A stretch of 64,000 nt of DNA, from assembly GCA_963719315.1 (NCBI GenBank), contig CAVRBU010000002.1:32001-96000 (forward strand), read 5' to 3'. Source of the stretch: an uncultured Planctomycetota bacterium (GTDB taxonomy: Bacteria > Planctomycetota > Planctomycetia > Pirellulales > Lacipirellulaceae). Below, in pieces: positions 63,147 through 64,000 of the stretch. The notes beneath the pieces were generated by a model. It made no database searches and was not told the DNA's origin. It worked only from the letters and a program-made list of their open reading frames with translations. Numbering within the stretch: position 1 is the stretch's first letter; every line of letters begins with the position of its first letter. A program made the translations under genes and the position numbers.

Positions 63147-64000
63147 ATGCGTTTGCCCGTTGCCCGACCCGTTTCGCGAACATTTGGATGTCGTTCGGCG
63201 CGCCTTTTCGTGGCACTCTCAGTGCTTGTTCCCGCGCTCGCCGCGCAGGCCGAGCGGCCCTCGGCGATGAAGCTGTTTCCGGAAGAAAGCGTCGTCTTCG
63301 TGCGCGTGCCGAATGCCCAAGAACTTGGCGAACGCATTCAGCAAACTTCCACCGGCCGCATGCTTCAGGATCCTCAACTCCGACCGTTCGTCGAGAGCCT
63401 CTACGGCAAGGCGAGCGAGCTTTACGCCAAGGATGTCGAAAGCAAACTCGGCATTTCATGGGACGACTTGAAGAAGCTCCCCAAAGGCGAAGTAGCGTTT
63501 GCCGTCGTAGCTCGCCCAGAAAAGCGACCGGCGCTGCTGCTGATGATCGACCAAGGCGACGAAGCCTCGGTCGCCGACAAGCTGTTGGACAAAGCGCTCG
63601 ATCTGGCGCAACAGAAGGGGGCCGACTTCAGCAAGGAAAAAATCGGTGACGTCGAGGTGACGATCGTCCGGGACAAGGACCGCGAGAATCGCATGTTCGG
63701 CGTGTTCGAGCGCGAGAACACGATCGTCGTCGCCACGGACCCGAACGTGATCCGCAACGTTCTTTGGCACTGGGACCACCCCGGCGAAACCGGCGGAGCT
63801 TCCGCTGTCCCCGCCGCCGAAGCAACACCTGTCGAAAAAACCGCCTCGACCGAACTCAAAAAAGATGGCGACGCCGCGGCCGCCGATGAGAAAGCGAAAC
63901 AGGAAGCAACCGAGTTCGTGCCGGGACGCTCGCTCGCACAAAACGATCGCTTCGTCACGATCTTGAAGCAGTGCCGCCGGCCACAGGATCCGCCGCCGCA
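63147..64000 (+). CDS. Secreted hypothetical protein (DUF3352-like), runs off window edge
   Basis: Hand translation MRLPVARP..ALAAQAERPSAMKLFPEESVVFVRVP..GRMLQDPQLRPF. Confidence 0.65.
   Translation, partial: MRLPVARPVSRTFGCRSARLFVALSVLVPALAAQAERPSAMKLFPEESVVFVRVPNAQELGERIQQTSTGRMLQDPQLRPFVESLYGKASELYAKDVESKLGISWDDLKKLPKGEVAFAVVARPEKRPALLLMIDQGDEASVADKLLDKALDLAQQKGADFSKEKIGDVEVTIVRDKDRENRMFGVFERENTIVVATDPNVIRNVLWHWDHPGETGGASAVPAAEATPVEKTASTELKKDGDAAAADEKAKQEATEFVPGRSLAQNDRFVTILKQCRRPQDPPP

Overview
The window looks like a planctomycete (Pirellulales-like) genome, judged from gene content such as CsrA paralogues, DUF2294, a WXXGXW-repeat protein, a DUF6666-like protein and an extended secretin. 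It has two parts. (1) About 1-42,000 is an accessory array anchored at an initiator tRNA-Met (41924-41997, minus strand). The tRNA's 3' 42 bp recur exactly at 23585-23626 and 2971-3012, and each copy sits in homologous non-coding end sequences carrying repeated GCAAAGGRGGAWG boxes. This delimits two complete cargo islands of about 20.6 and 18.3 kb plus the edge of a third. I found no integrase in any of them. Island A is a light/oxidative-stress module: a furan-fatty-acid-type operon, fasciclin, a MerR/B12-fold regulator lacking the cobalt-ligating His residues, Dps, UvsE, a YbjT-TspO fusion, HemH, SOUL and nested IS elements. Island B is a general-stress module (GT4, BON, hemerythrin-like, PP2C, AI-2E, ElaB, DUF892, two DUF2294). 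It carries two copies of a ~100-nt structured 5' leader ending in an intrinsic terminator, which I cannot assign to a known riboswitch. (2) About 42,000-64,000 is core-like chromosome: typA, an IS110, HD-GYP/PilZ, a PHP hydrolase, ade, a small TA-like pair, ALDH and a secretin locus. Six genes show single frameshifts, three of them at (GC)n runs, so sequencing error is likely. All calls come from visual motif recognition; no database searches were run.
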